From: the human T2T-CHM13v2.0 reference genome, Homo sapiens
Assembly: GCF_009914755.1 (NCBI RefSeq)
Contig: NC_060943.1
DNA length: 64,000 nt
Direction: 5' to 3' (one strand)
The notes under the pieces are model-generated. The model searched no databases. It was not told the DNA's origin and saw only the letters and a program-made list of their open reading frames with translations. The position numbers and the translations under genes were made by a program. Shown here piece by piece: positions 20,869 through 36,268 of this stretch (position 1 is its first letter; the number at the start of each line of letters is the position of its first letter).

Positions 20869-21859
20869 CTGCAGATGCTTCTTTTATTTGCTTGCTTTTC
20901 ACTGCTTTCGATCCACTGGAATGTAAACTCCATGGATAATGTTTGAAAATGAACCTAGCGTTGTGAGTTTCTGCTAGTTTCAGGTTTGTTACTGGGAATA
21001 GAATAAGTCCAATGAGCAACAATAGTAACTATATCTCATTTTCTTTTGAGACATCATGAAAATATTCACTCTGTGATGCTACTTGTATTTGGGAAATATA
21101 AATCAAGTGAAAATGGGGATGACAGGCTTGGAAGTTTAAGGATAGAAAAGCTGGCATGCAGCAAGCATTCATCGGAGGGGGATTGAATGGAGAAAGTGGT
21201 CTTGTGTTCAGGACGCCCTCGGCCTTCTTGACAGCGAGTCTCCATGAAAGCAGAGTGAGAACAGGCGGTGGCCGAGGGTCTGTTGCTCCTCAGCTATGTC
21301 CAGCTGCATGAGTGAAGGACAGAGCAGGCAGATTCATAGTCCAGCAAGCATTTATTTTTCTAAGAGACTAACAAAAAGTAGAATATGAAAAATTGCTTCA
21401 TATGTGTGCATAAAAATTTTGTTTTAAACAGAGATCATAGAAGGTGACCTTGAGGTGAAAGTTAAGATCAATGAAAAATGGGCAAGTCAATGGAGCATTG
21501 GTCCCTAATGAATGAAGTGATGTTGGCATCTTGTGAGAAGTTACCTGAAATGTAGGAAGTAATGTTGGAGATGGGGTGCTTTAGGTAAATGGATGGAGGG
21601 GTTTGGGTTATTGGTAATGAGAAGGCTAATGGGAATGGATTGCTAAGAGGCATTGGACAGAAGCACTGAAGAAGAGGAAGTCAATATATTGATAGTCAAG
21701 AGGTTGGGAGAACCATCCATATTAGGTATTATCTACCTTAGCAACGTAGAAAATTTGAGCTGGATAATTCTTTATGTCAGGGGGGTTCTGTTCTGACATT
21801 ATAGAATGAGGAACAGCATCCCTGACTACTATCCACCAAAAAGCTCACTCGTCATAATC

Positions 21860-23320
21860 AATTGGGTTATTCCAGGGATGCAAGGATGTTTCATCATATG
21901 TAAGTCAATAAATGTGATACATCATATCAATAGAATGAAGGACAAAAATCATATAATAATTTCAGCAGACACAAAAAAAGCATTTCACAAAATTTAATAT
22001 CCTTTCAGAGTAAAAATTCTCAGCAAACTAGGTGTGGACAGAATGTACTCAATATAATAAAGACCATATATGGCAAACCCACAGCTAATGTCATGCTTAA
22101 TGAGAAAATGTTGAAAGCCTTTTCTCTAAGATCTGGGACAAGAACAAGTATGCCTATTCCCACCACTTCTATTGAGTATAGTACTGCACATTCTATCCAG
22201 AGTAATTAGGCAAGAGAAAGAAATGAAGGCATCCAAGTTGGAAAGAAAGAAGTTAAATTGTACCTGTTTAGAGTGACTTGACCTTACATATAGAAAATCT
22301 TAAAGGTTCCATTAAAAAGTGTTATAACTAATAAACAAATTCAGTAAAGTTGTAAGATACAAAATCAACATGTAAAAAGTAGTAGCATCTCGATACACTA
22401 ATGGCAAAATATCTGAAAAGGAAATTAAGAAAGCAGTTTCATTTACAATAAGCTTCAATAAAATAAAATTCTTAGGAATGAATTAAACCTAGATGGTGAA
22501 AGATCACTACACTGAAAACTATACAACCCTGAGGAAAGAAATTGAAGAAGATACAAGTAAATGGAAAAATATCTTGTGTTTATAGATCAGAATAATGAAT
22601 ATAGTGTTAAAATGTCCATACTACGCAAAGTGGTTCAATGCAACCTCTCTAAAATCACAAATGGCATTCTTCATAGAAATAGAAAACAATCCTGAAATTC
22701 ATATGAAACCATAAAAGACCCAGAGTAGCCAAAGCAATCTTAAGCAAAAAGAATAAAGCTGGAGGTCTTACACTACCTGACTTCAAAATATACCACAAAG
22801 CTATAGGAACTAAAACAGGGTGATTCTGTCATAAAAACACACACATAGACCACTGTAACAGAATAAAAATCCCAGAAATAAATCCACACATTCACAGCCA
22901 ACTGTTTTTTACTTTTGACAAAGATACCAAGAACACATAATAAGGAAAGGACAATCTCTTCAACATATTGTGTTGGGAAAACTGGATATCTATATGCAAA
23001 GGAATGAAGTTAGACCCTTATCTCACCTTACATACAAACATCAACTCAAAATGAATTAAAGACATAGAGGGAAGCCTCAAAACTATAAAACTAATAGACG
23101 AATACATAAGGGAATATCCCCATGAAATATAAAGGAAAAGTCATTCACCTGGGCAATGACTTTTTGGATATAACCTCAAAAGTACTGGCAAGAAAAGCAA
23201 AAATAGCCAAATGGGATTGCATCAAACTAAAATGATACTGCACAGCAACGAAAACAATCAACAGAGTGAAGAGACACTGCACAATGAGAGAAAATATTTG
23301 CAAACTATATATATCTGATG
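21860..23320 (+). mobile_element. Old LINE-1 ORF2 fragment (RT to C-terminal region), decayed
   Basis: [34 protein letters not shown] motif; many stops. Confidence 0.9.
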
Positions 23321-25770
23321 AGGGGCCAACTCACACTCACACTCCTCATCCACGCTGATTTCAGGTGGTGATCTTTTCTCTTCACAGCAACCACTGCCAA
23401 TCCAGTATCACAAAGGTAGGATGTTAGCAAAAGTAATGTAGAGAGAGCTAATGTTGAGTCTGTGAATTGCTGGAGCTGGTAGTTCATGGTGTGTCAGATG
23501 TGGAACATTGCTGTTCTTCCCTTAAGTTTAAAGCATGGGGATACCCCAGCAGACAGTTGCAGCTGTGAGGACAGAAAAGCAGGAATGCAGTAGGTTTTCA
23601 CTGCAGTCGGAGAGAATGAAGGAGCGGGTCCTGTTTCCAGGCAGCTGTCAGCATCCTTGGAGATGAGTTGCCATGAGATAAGAGTGAAAACAGGCAGTGG
23701 GAGAGGAGCTTTTTCTCCCCAGCCACGTGCAGCCACAGGAGTGAGGGGCAGAGCAGAAAAGGGTCAGAGTCCAGCAGCGATGGGATATTCCACAAGAATT
23801 GCATGAAGAATATAAAAAAGAGATTTGCATGTGTGCAGAAGGAATTGATTGTGAGGATTAGCCATGGAAGGTGGCCGGGTGTAAAGGTGAATCTCAGTGT
23901 AAAATGGTAGAATTCCTGGAGCGCTGGTCACCAAGGAACGGGGGGACATTGGTGTCAGGTGGGGAAGGGGTCGCCTGGAAGTCAGGGAGCTGATGTAGGA
24001 GATGGGATGCTGATCTGATGGGATAAAGTGATTTTGGTTATTGGTAATGAGAAGTTCAATGGGAGTGGAAGGCTGAGGGAGGATTGGAGAAGAGGTCAAT
24101 ATATGGATCGTCAAGAGGGTTTGGAGGATCATTATAATGGGTTTTCCACCTTGGTGGTGTGGAATATTTGGATTGGATAACGTGTCGTGTGGGGACAGGG
24201 ACTTCCTGTGCATTGGAGGATGTTGAACTGTATTCCTGGCTTCACAGGACCCTTTCAGAGGTGAAAATTAAAAATGTCTCTAGATATTGACAAGTGTCCC
24301 CAGTGGGCAAAATCACCCTGGCTTGGAACTACTGATCTAAGTGGGTTATAATAGTCAACCACAGTGTGGATCGAAGTATTTTGGGGTCGTCACTCCACAT
24401 CCACAGAGAACTCAGAACAACAGGAAGTGGGGAGTTCCCTGAGGATGCGGGCACCAAACCATCTTTAACTTCCTGTATTCTGATGCTTTGACATCTGGGA
24501 CTGGCTGACCCTGGAGACATTTCCCCTCTCAGCTGTCTTCAACCGCTGGAGATAGTCACAACTTTCCTGCAAGTGTGCCTTTCATGGGTAAACCAACCAG
24601 TCCTAGCTTACACCCCCAGCCACACCTTATGGAGCTCTGAGCCACAATCCACGTGCACAGTCACCCAAGGTCAGGTATCAGAAACAACGAAGGACGTCCC
24701 ATAACCCACAGCTACTAAAATGACCTAAATGAGCCTGTCGTCAGCCTGCTTATCCTGCATGACCTGTTTCTTCCAAAGGGAACTTCAGTGGCTTTGTCCA
24801 CATTTCCTCCTGCATCTCTCTGGGTTTTTGCTGACCAGGTGATTCCCCGTGTAGCTCCCCTGGCTGTGCTGTGCCCTCGACTTGTGATTATGAGCAACAA
24901 ACTTTCCTTTTAATGGCAGGTATCTCCTGATCTGTTTAACTCCTGTGTGTGAAACTTTGTGATTCATGCAATGAGAACAAGGCTTTACGTGAACAGACCA
25001 GAGCCCAGGTGCAGGGCGGTCATTCCAGAGCCCAGGTGCAGCAGGTGCAGGGCGGTCATTCTGCCCACACAGGTATGTGTTGGGGGAGGGCAAGTTGAAA
25101 CAGAGCCTGAGAGATGAATTCATTAACGAACAAATTTGAGCCCCAAGCCACATTTCCTCCTTTACAGCCACCTTGGTAGGACCCTACCCAAGCCCCAAAT
25201 GCCAAGCCAGAATGCAGAGCAAGACAGCAGCCCTCAAATCCCCCCTCTGGGAGGTGCCAGGACTCCCCTCCTTGGATGCTCAGAGACAGGATGGGAGCAG
25301 GTGACGGAGGCGTGGGTTCAGGGCCAGGCAGCCTGGAGACCTCCCCTCCCTGCGCCCAGTGCCCTGCTCTGTAAAATGCAGACACTCCTAAGACCTCACG
25401 CACAGCCAGGGCCGCTGGGGATGGCCGTGCGTATTCTACCCCGCACTTAGGCTCCTGTCTGAGGAGATGAGAGGATGTGAAATGCAGCCTGCACTCTCTC
25501 CACAGCTGTGTCCATGCCAGGGCTCAAGATCCCACACCTCAGCCTAGCATTGCTCTGTCCAAAGGCAGACAGCCTGGTACAGCCATGTGTGCAGTTATTT
25601 TCACTTCAAAAAAAACCTTATTAAACAAAAACCAAATATATGTAAACACACCAGTTTTTTAAGTATCTCATTTTTTTTTCTAATTTGAGGCAATGCCTAT
25701 TGTCAAGTATCTTTGCTGTCATTAGACGGAACTCTTGAAGAATGGAAAAGTAAATAGGTATTCTTTCTTA

Positions 25771-25983
<213 letters not shown>

Positions 25984-25996
25984 TCAACTGACAGCA

Positions 25997-26338
25997 GGCC
26001 CCAGGACAGCCAGTGGCTGTGTCATCATGATCTGCTTTGCCCTCACTGTCCTCTCTTACATCCGCATCTTGGCCACAGTGGTTCAGATCCGTTCAGCAGC
26101 CAGCCGCCGGAAGGCCTTCTCCACCTGTTCTTCCCACCTGGGCATGGTGCTCCTGTTCTATGGCACCGGCAGCTCCACCTACATGCGACCCACCACCCGC
26201 TACTCCCCGCTGGAAGGGCGCTTGGCTGCTGTCTTCTACTCCATCCTCATACCCACCCTGAATCCGCTCATCTACAGCCTGAGGAACCAGGACATGAAGA
26301 GAGCCCTGTGGAAGCTCTATCTCCAGGTGCCATACTAG
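25997..26338 (+). pseudogene. Olfactory receptor pseudogene, only TM5-TM7 and C-terminus remain
   Basis: SY.RI...V..IRS...RRKAFSTCSSHL..V.LFYG...TYMRP...FYSILIPTLNPLIYSLRN.DMK.AL are OR signature motifs. No TM1-TM4 (no MAYDRY) upstream; an Alu half lies there instead. Confidence 0.9.
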
Positions 26339-27749
26339 GGTCTGCCATCTGGATGCGGGAGGGACCCAAAAATCCACCTTCCCAAGATTTTCCTTGTGGT
26401 CGTGGTGGAAGTGTTAGTGCCTCCAGAGACCCCCAGGAACACACCTATTCGCCAAAGTTGTCAACAAAGTTGAATTGCAATGAATCATGCAGGAGAACCC
26501 TGATGGATGTCTGGATAAAATGGAGACAAATCCAATGTGCATTTAATTTAGGCAAATAGTATTAAATGTACACAGGGGAGGAGAGAAAGAGGAGGAGCAA
26601 ATAATTTAAATAGGGTGGGTGATTCCACCCAAGAGCTCACTCAATAAATTTATGACCTGGACTACGAATCCAATAGGAGACTGTCCTCTCAGCCTGCCTC
26701 GGTTTCCATGCACTTCCCCATGTGGACATGTTTTATCCTGCTCAATGTGGTTCTAATGTTTAGTGGTACACATTTTTTCATCTAGTGTTTGTCCTAAATG
26801 CAAGCCAAAGCCTTCATCACAAGCAGCAGCATCTATTCCAGAAGAAAAATAGGCCATATTGGACGTGCAGAGAAATGGTTGGTAGTCTTCACGCGGCTGC
26901 TTCCTAAGGGAAAGTCAAGGGTACCTTTATCTTTCTGCAATGTTTCTCTGATAGCAAACCCTGTATTTGTTGTATTTCTGGTTCAGCTGCTTTAACAGAA
27001 ACAAAATAACAGCAACCTAAGTCATACAGAAGGCTTGTTTCTCTTTTGTGTAATCATTTGTGCTTGGAGGTGACCCTGGGTGTCTCTATGCCACAGTCAT
27101 CCTGAGGCCAGGTTCCTTCTATCTCGTTGCTCTACCATCCCTGAAGGTTTCCTTATTCCTATGGTGGGAGTTGGATCACTAGCACCTCATTCACAATCCA
27201 GCTGCTGGAAGAGGGACAGAGGAAATGGAGGGCAAGCTACATGGTTTTAAGATGTGACCCAGAAGTTATACGCTTCACTTCTGCTAACATCTTATTGGCT
27301 GGTGTTTAGCCACATGGTCACACTGACCGCAAAGGAGGCTGGGAAATGTTGTCTCCAGCTGAGAGCCCAGATAAAACTCATGAAAGGAGAGAATGTTATT
27401 TACTAATTTGTAATCAGTCCCTCACATCTGATCTCTTGATGAGCCACCATTTATCTTCTTACTCAATCCTACCATTATGCTTCCAATGGCCACCTGTACT
27501 AATGTTTAGTGGCACTAAAACTTTACATACATTGTCACTTTTATGTACATTATCTCTAATATTCAAAACACCTCTGTGAGGTAGTTGTAATTTTCCTCAT
27601 TTTTTAGATAAGCAAAATAAAATTCTGATAAGTTAGGCAGTTTACCCGGAGTTAAGAAGGTTGAGAAAGGCTTGATATTTTTAGATTGATATTTTTAGGT
27701 TTGATATTTCAGAATCACTCAGGATTCTTTTTTTTTTTTTTTGAGATAG

Positions 27750-28016
<267 letters not shown>

Positions 28017-30319
28017 TGAGCTACCATGCCCAGCCTCTACTTCTTTTAATGATAGAGATTGAATTATATGTGTCTAGGGCTTTAAAAAATCTTACCTTAC
28101 AGAGGCATTTCTCAGAAGTTTTAGGAGTCAGTTGCAGTCCTACCAACATATCCCTGAGGATTGAACAATTCTGCTCTACCTGGGACCACCCTTTGATCAA
28201 AGACATAACCCTTAGGGGAGACATAAATTGGCCAAAGAGAGAGAAAATGGGTAGGTGACCAGCCAGCTTGATCAAGTCTCTGGTGACTACTGGGGCATGG
28301 CAGATGCACACAAAGGTGACCACCAATTAGTCACTTTCTTGTATAAACCCTTCCCCTTGAGTGTGGTAGGAACCTGGGATTTGCCTTCAGCCAATAGAAT
28401 ATGGCAAAGGTAAGGGTTGGTCACTTCCACAGTTATCTGAGAGCTCCTCTCTGAGGTGAAAAACACCTCATTCTGTTTTACTATCTCCATTACATTTACC
28501 ACCCTTATGAAATTATATAAATTATTGAGTGTGTTTGTTCTACCCCAACCACCCCATTCCTCTGAATATAATATCCATGAAGGCACGGTCTTGTTTTCTT
28601 CAATGCCGTATCCCCTGTGCATAGCGTAGTACCTGACACATATTAGGTGTTAAATATGTATTTTTATGAAGAAATAAATGTGAAGCAGAACAACAAAAAA
28701 CAAAAACCAGAGCTGTTCTTGTGTAAACGAGGGTGAGAGGGCTGGGATCCTTGTCTATTTGGTGTTTTCCCAACCCCTCAGCACAGTCATTTCTGCAACA
28801 CCTACATGGGATCTTTGAGCTCCACAAACCTGGTTGAGACACCTCTTCTCTAATCAGATTAATACATGCTATTGAATAGAAACCACCATTGATTGTAAGA
28901 TACTCCACTATCTTGCATTCCATTAAGAAAGAAAAAGACACTGCCAATCAAATTGTGACACTCCATCAATAAAACATCTTGATTTTCCATGCTAAAATGT
29001 GCTCCTCAGCCTTCAGATCACAGCTGAAATGTCACTTCCTGATCACCCCTGCTGGCCAACCTGTGTCATTTCTCCTTCTATACTCTCAGCGAACACACAC
29101 TGCAATTTTAATTAATTATGTAATTATTTGTTTAAAATGTCTTCTGAAGCAAAAATGAAAACAGAATGAAGGTTAGAATTATGTCTGCTTGCATACTATT
29201 ATCCAGTGGTATGTTGATAAACTTGCTCTCTCAAAAAAAATTATAAATAGCATTTGACAGTTTCTATGGTGTAAATATTCTCACCACAGCTGATGTCAAG
29301 CTATCAATAGTTCAACAACTTATTTCCAACATTCCTGAATATTTATAATTGGCTCTTGTGAGCTGACATCAGCTTGCTCCAGCACAGTTCACCCAGGACC
29401 AAACACTGTATCTGTACATAATAATGGCTTAATAAATGATTGGTTAGTGAATGAATAAATGGTTGTGAGTCACACTGAATGAATATGTAGCAGGTATTTC
29501 AAAGTTAACAGTTCAAAATACAGCCCTTTATGTCTCCTTCATACCTGTGGTTTTTCCGTTTTCACCTCAGTTAGCAGCACTGACATCTGCTGGTCACTCA
29601 GGGCAAAAATCTCTAGGCATATTGATTTCTCTCTCTCCCTCACCTCTTCCCAGCACTCTTCTCATTATATCCATGAGTCCTGTCAATTCTATCCTCAATG
29701 TGTATTCTATTCTATTCCAAACCCATCCCTCACACCATCCCCATGGCCACCATGCTAACCCAGCACATCATGGCCTGGCCACAACAGCCTCCTGCCTGGA
29801 TTCCCTCCCTTCAGTCTTACCTTTCAAAGCTCATCCTCCCTCCACCTTAACTCCCCACACCCTGCCTATGCGAAAGCCACAGGGTGTTGCTGAAAAGATA
29901 AGTCAGGTCCCATCATCCTCCCGCTGCGGCCCTCCAGGTCCTCCACGATCGGACCCCACCCAGCTCTGCAGCCTCCTCTATCACGCTCTCTCCTGCAGCT
30001 TTTATTCCCAGCTATGCTGGCCTTAGCTCAGTTCTTCAAGCAAACCATTCTTCTCCCTACCTCGGGGCTCTGCACTTGCTCTTCCGTCAGCTGAAATACC
30101 CTTCCCCAAATCTGAGCATCACCGCCTCTGCATATCTGAGCTTCATTCTAGACGTCGTCTCTTTGGAAAGACCTCTCCTAACCACTTCTTTAAGTGGCAT
30201 CATCCCCTCCCCCTCTCGCACATCCCCCCGTTTTATTGCTTTCTGAGCCCTTATCACTGTTGGAAATCACCGTGTTGCATAACTTTGCAGAGCCTGAGAC
30301 AAGGACTTGGGAAGGGTGG

Positions 30320-30510
30320 TTTATGCCTGGGAAAAGGCAGGCCGGGTGCCGGGATGTAGTGCGCCTGCACGCCGTCTCCAGACTACAACTCCCAGAATGC
30401 GCGGCGCCCCGAGCGTATTTCCGCTTCCGGTGGCGTTTTAGCGGGAGATCCGAGCGTCTCGGCTGGTGGAAGGGGCGAGGAGCTTTGCAGTTGTGTGCGA
30501 GTGTGTACAG
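30320..30510 (+). promoter_or_regulatory. ZIM2-AS1: CpG promoter and first exon of a + strand transcript heading into ZIM2 (likely ZIM2-AS1)
   Basis: ZNF143/THAP11 motif GACTACAACTCCCAGAATGC at 30381-30400, ETS-type CTTCCGG at ~30424-30430, donor TACAG|gtgagt at 30510, then a TG-rich intron start. Name inferred from position. Confidence 0.65.
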
Positions 30511-33494
30511 GTGAGTTTGTCCGTACGCGTGATTAAGTGTGTGCGTGTGATCAAGTGTGGGGGCGAGTGTTGCGTGAGCAAACCTGTGAGAGGGTGAGAG
30601 TCCGTCCGTGTAGGTGAGGGAGCTAGCAAGAGTGTGAGCGAGTGCGAATGTCCCTACAAGTGTGGGCGCGTGATGTGTTTGAAGGTGTGTTTGTTCGAGA
30701 GGGTGTGTGTTGGGGTCAACGAGGGTGCATGTGTGTGAGTGAGGAAGCCTGAGTGTGTGGTGTGTGCGCGAGCCAGCAAGCTGGAATGGCTCTCGCGTGC
30801 TTGTAGATCATGAGCGTGACTTGGTGGCTTTCTGTGATGGTATTGGGTGTGTATGGCTTTTTGCTGTCCATGCATGATTGTGTTAGCTTGACTCGTGTTG
30901 GTGTTGTTTATGTGGGAATGTGAGGGATTTAGTTCATGAGATTACGTGTGTGTTGCTCTGCAGTCTCAAGCTTGCTGGGTTAGCTGTTTCTGAATAGGAT
31001 TTGACCCAAGTTCAGCGTCAGCTTTTCAAACAGCCTAAAAACTCTGGCCTTGGGCATTGAGAAATCAGAAAGTTTTTTTTTCTCTCTGTCCCTCTGACTA
31101 TAACAGTTGTGGAAGAATTAGACAATTCTAAGAAAGAAAGTTTCCTGAATTAGCATTAGGAAAACTAGACACAAAAATCCCACTTTCTGAAAAAATGAGA
31201 AACTTCCTAATTGTAACTAAAATGATCAGTAAACAAGCCACTTGCTGGTTTGGAAGAAAGGAAACACACCTATGTGTTCTCTTTCTGCCAACACTTGAAT
31301 TCTCTGGTCCAACTGTTACGCCGTCTACGTGACTTCCATTAAGAACAAGCAGCACCCTTAAATGCATCTCAAGTGTTGTATGTCGCTAAAGGCCATGACC
31401 GGTTCTTGGTTTTCCTTATCTCCAAGCTAAGCCTCAGTTTCTGCATGCACAAAATTAGGAAGATAATATCCACCCATCTACAACTCAATGCATTGAGTCA
31501 CATGAAAGTTTTGTAGACAGGAAAAGTTCTGTGGCACTCGGCCTGATCAAGTCAGCTTTCCTGGGTGTTGCTGAGTTAACTATAAGGATTATATGGAAGG
31601 ACCATCCCTAGACTAATTCTAGACCTGGCTCCTAATGTGCAGGTCAGCAGTTCTTTCCGTGACTGGCAAGTCTGAGGTCATTTGCAAGTTAAGGAAGATA
31701 AATGTACTGATATCTGACTTGGTTTGCGCCAGAGATGATTTTTTCAAAAGATGTATTAACTGGGTTGGATGCAGTGGCTCACCCCTGTAATACCAACACT
31801 TTGGGAGGCTAAAGCAGGAGGATCGCTTGACCCTGGAGTTCAAGACCAGATTGGGCAACATATCAAGACCCTATCTCTACAAAAATAAAAAATAAATAAA
31901 AAATTAGCTGGGCATGGTGGCACTTGCCTGTAGTCCTAGCTGCTTGAGAAGATGAAGTGTGAGGATTGCTTGGGCCCAGGAGCTGGAGGGTGCAGTGAGA
32001 TGTGATCACATCACTGCACTCCAGCCTGGGCAACCGAGCAAGAACCTGGCTCTTAAAACAAAAATTTATTAACTGGAAAATTAGGCTTCTTCAACAGTTA
32101 TTTCAAACTTAAGAGCCGGATGCCCCCACATAATATTAAAGCTGATTTTCAAGGATCTCTTTTCTCAATGTAAGAATGAGTCCCAAAAGTGAGAAAAGAT
32201 CTGTGAAGGCTGTGGTGGAGCAGTGAAAAGCATTGTAATTTTCTTGACTCTTTGGTCCAAACATACAGGAGGGACTTCTTTCCAGTAAACAGGAGTGAGG
32301 AAAAGACAAGGAATTTAAATATATCTATGTATGATCTGCAAAATACACGAGCTGTGGCGTATAAGTTAGAAAGATCCAGCCATCTTTCATGGTTTGCAGC
32401 AGTAGATGGACACAGCTTTGCAGAATTGCAGAACTTGGGTGATTGAGATACCTAAACCTGGAGTTTTGAATCCCAGCTTTGTCATTACTAGTTGTGTGGC
32501 CTTAAACAAGTCACATCACCTCCCTGTGCCTTAGTGTCTCTGTATGTAAGATGGGGTGTTGTTACCCATCTCACAGTAATGGTGTGAGTGACCGATGTGA
32601 ATCTCCCAGCATCCAGAAAGGCCCTCCAGTCTAGGAGGGGCCCTGAGACTATCAACAGTAGCCAGTTAGGACAAACCAAACTGAAAATAGCAATTATCAA
32701 GCCTCTATTCACTGACTTCAATAGCATAAACAGAGGCCAAAAAGAAAAAAGTGCCAGCTTCTCTGTTCTTTTTCCCACGTAGCAGCACCGGGCGAGGGTC
32801 AGATGAATCTATACAGGAGGTAGGGCTCATCTCCCTGCCAGGGAACCCTGAACAAAGGGCCCCAGATCAGACTTCTCAAGTCGGGATGATTTTACCTCCC
32901 AGATAAAATGTCGAATGACATTTTTGCTTGTCACAATTGGAGAAGCGGGTGCTCCTGGCATCCACTGAACAGAGGCCAGGGATACTACTAAACACCCTAC
33001 AATGCACTGGATGGTCCACAGGAGTTGCCCAACACCAAATGTCAACTGCACCAGTGGAGAAATCAGTCCTGGTGCTGCTCCCACATCTGATCCTATCACT
33101 CTCCCTCTCACTCGCAACCCTTCTACTGTCTCCTCCACCAACATACAAAGCTATTTTCTGACCAAAGAGCTTCGCTCATGCTGTTTCCTCTGCCCGGACA
33201 CTCTCTTCTCCAGGGTCCCAGGCTGACTTCTCATCTGATGGTCTTTGCTTAAAGGCCATCTCTTCAGAGAGCCTTTTTTGGACCAACCTGTCTTAAATTA
33301 GCCCTCCCACTTCCATGGTAACTCTCTACCCTCTTTCCTGGTTTTATTTTTCTTCATAGCATTTACCACCTTATTTTGCTTATTGCCTGTCTCCCCCATA
33401 TTGCACATTAAAGTTTGAGAAATACTGGTTTCAAGAAAGGATTGAAAACTGAGGATCCTACAGGGGCCAGCAGAGATGATCTTGGGTGACTTTA

Positions 33495-33846
<352 letters not shown>

Positions 33847-35469
33847 TGGGTGACTTTAATAAAGCAGCCAAATGTAGTTAGTCTGGTTCTAAAATTTCAG
33901 AATTCCTTGGCAATGCCGAAGTGACCCTATTCTTGAGATGCTGGCTTTTTAGAAGAAATATAAGAAAAACTCTATAGAAGAAAACTCACAACTGCAAAAA
34001 CATGCAGAAATAACTAAGGAAAACTTGTGACATTTTGATAAGAAAACTATAAAGCTTTACTGATTGATACAAAAGCTTGAATGAATGAAAACACAGTATC
34101 ATATTCCTGGATGTTAAGATTAAATGTAACAATGTTAATCCTTCCTAACTTATAAGTTCATTGCAATAATAATCAGAAGGTTGGTTTTTGATTACTAAAG
34201 ATAAATTTTAATCTGGAATAACGGAAACTTATATATAACTTCACATAAATTTATGCATACATGTACATATACTTTTTAAAGGCACAATGATGGAAAACAT
34301 TAAATATAGCCATAAAAATTAAGAAGAATATAGATCTAGGATAAAACAGGGCAACAAGCCAATAAAAGCAAGTAGATGGTCCAAATATAGAACCTACATT
34401 ATAAAATATAACAATTTATAATTTACTAATAATGTTGGGGCAATTAACAATGAGGAAGAATAAATTTAATTCTCTTTTCATACAATATGCCCAAGTAAAT
34501 TCAATAATCACTAAAGCATATTTTTAAAACTCCAGAATAAAACACTAATGTTTACAGAGGGTTAGATTTTGTAGGGTTGGAAGAAAATAGAAGGATTGAA
34601 ATATATAAAAATTGAAACATTTTCAAAAAATAAAGAAAATACCAAAGAGGGAAAATCATTTGCAGCCAAGATGACAACAAAGAATTAATATCTTTATTAT
34701 GCAAAGAGATGGTTCAAACTGATAGGAAGCTATTAAAGTCACATAGACAAATGATTAAAAGACAGACAATGTGAAGAGAGGAAACAATGGCTTAAGAAGC
34801 TTACAGGAGAAAGTTCAACATCCTTAAAAATCAAAGACAATTAAAATGAGATGCCCTTTCCCCTATTAGCAAAGTTGCTACTAAACACCCTACAATGAAA
34901 AGTGCTGTTATTACATAATGCCAGCTGGGCGGGAGGTGTGGGGGGTAGTGGGTGTGTGTGAGGAACACGTATCCCCAAGCATTACTAGCAGTAGCAGCAG
35001 TGCAAACTGATGTAATGTTTCCAAAAGGAACTTGGATATATCAAAAATCTTAAAAGCAATTATACACCTTCTGATGCAGCAATTCCTCTTTGGCAAATAT
35101 GTATCGTAAAGAAATTTTACATTTGGAAAAAGGTTTAAGCACCGAAATGTTGATTATAGTATGTTCATAACTATGAAAAATTGAAACTGAATTTTACCTC
35201 CTAACAACAGAGGAGGAGCCATCCACAGAAAGCACTGGGTTTGCTGTGCCACTGGTAAGGCGGTGATAACCACAGACGAGTGAGTGATGACAGCAGTTTT
35301 GTAAGGTATAAGATTGGGTAGAAAAACAAGGTATACTATCGCACACATGGAATAGTCACAGCTATATGACAACTATCTATAAATACCTTAAAAATAGGTA
35401 ATACAGGGTTGGGTGCGGTGGCTCACACCTGTAATCCTAGCACTTTGGGAGGCCAAGGCAGGCAGATCA

Positions 35470-35776
<307 letters not shown>

Positions 35777-36120
35777 CTAGTCATTAATTTTAAGTTACAA
35801 GAAAACAGACTAAAAATGTTAGTGGTGTTCATAGTGTATTTTTCTGTTTCGGGGCAGAGGGAGGGAGAGAGATCTACATTTCTGTAAAGTAGTTGCCTTT
35901 AATGAGTCAAATATTGCTTTAAAAAGAAAAATAAACATTAATCCATCAGAAATGTGTACTTAAAAGGAAACTGAGTTCACACAAATTAGTAAGAAAAAGC
36001 ATAAAGACAAAAAAGCTAAAGAGGTAAAGGGCCTAGGTTATACATAAAGAAGTTTTTAAAACTTATTTGGAAAAAATGCATAATAATAATGCAAAAATGG
36101 ATTAATTATTGTTAATAATA

Positions 36121-36268
36121 ATCTTTTTATTACCAAATAGGTGAAGATTTTTATCTTTTTATTACCAAAAAGATTTATCTTTTTATTACCAAATAGGTGA
36201 AGATTTTTATTTATCTTTTTATTACCAAAAAGATTTATCTTTTTATTACCAAATAGGTGAAGATTTTT
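36121..36268 (+). repeat. Nested AT-rich tandem repeat (atctttttattaccaaa units)
   Basis: Five atctttttattaccaaa cores with alternating taggtgaagattt and aagattt spacers. Confidence 0.85.

Noticed and set aside
25997-26338. Assigning a specific OR pseudogene symbol
   Set aside because: I recall an OR pseudogene being annotated in 19q13.43 but cannot confirm family or name from this fragment without a search.
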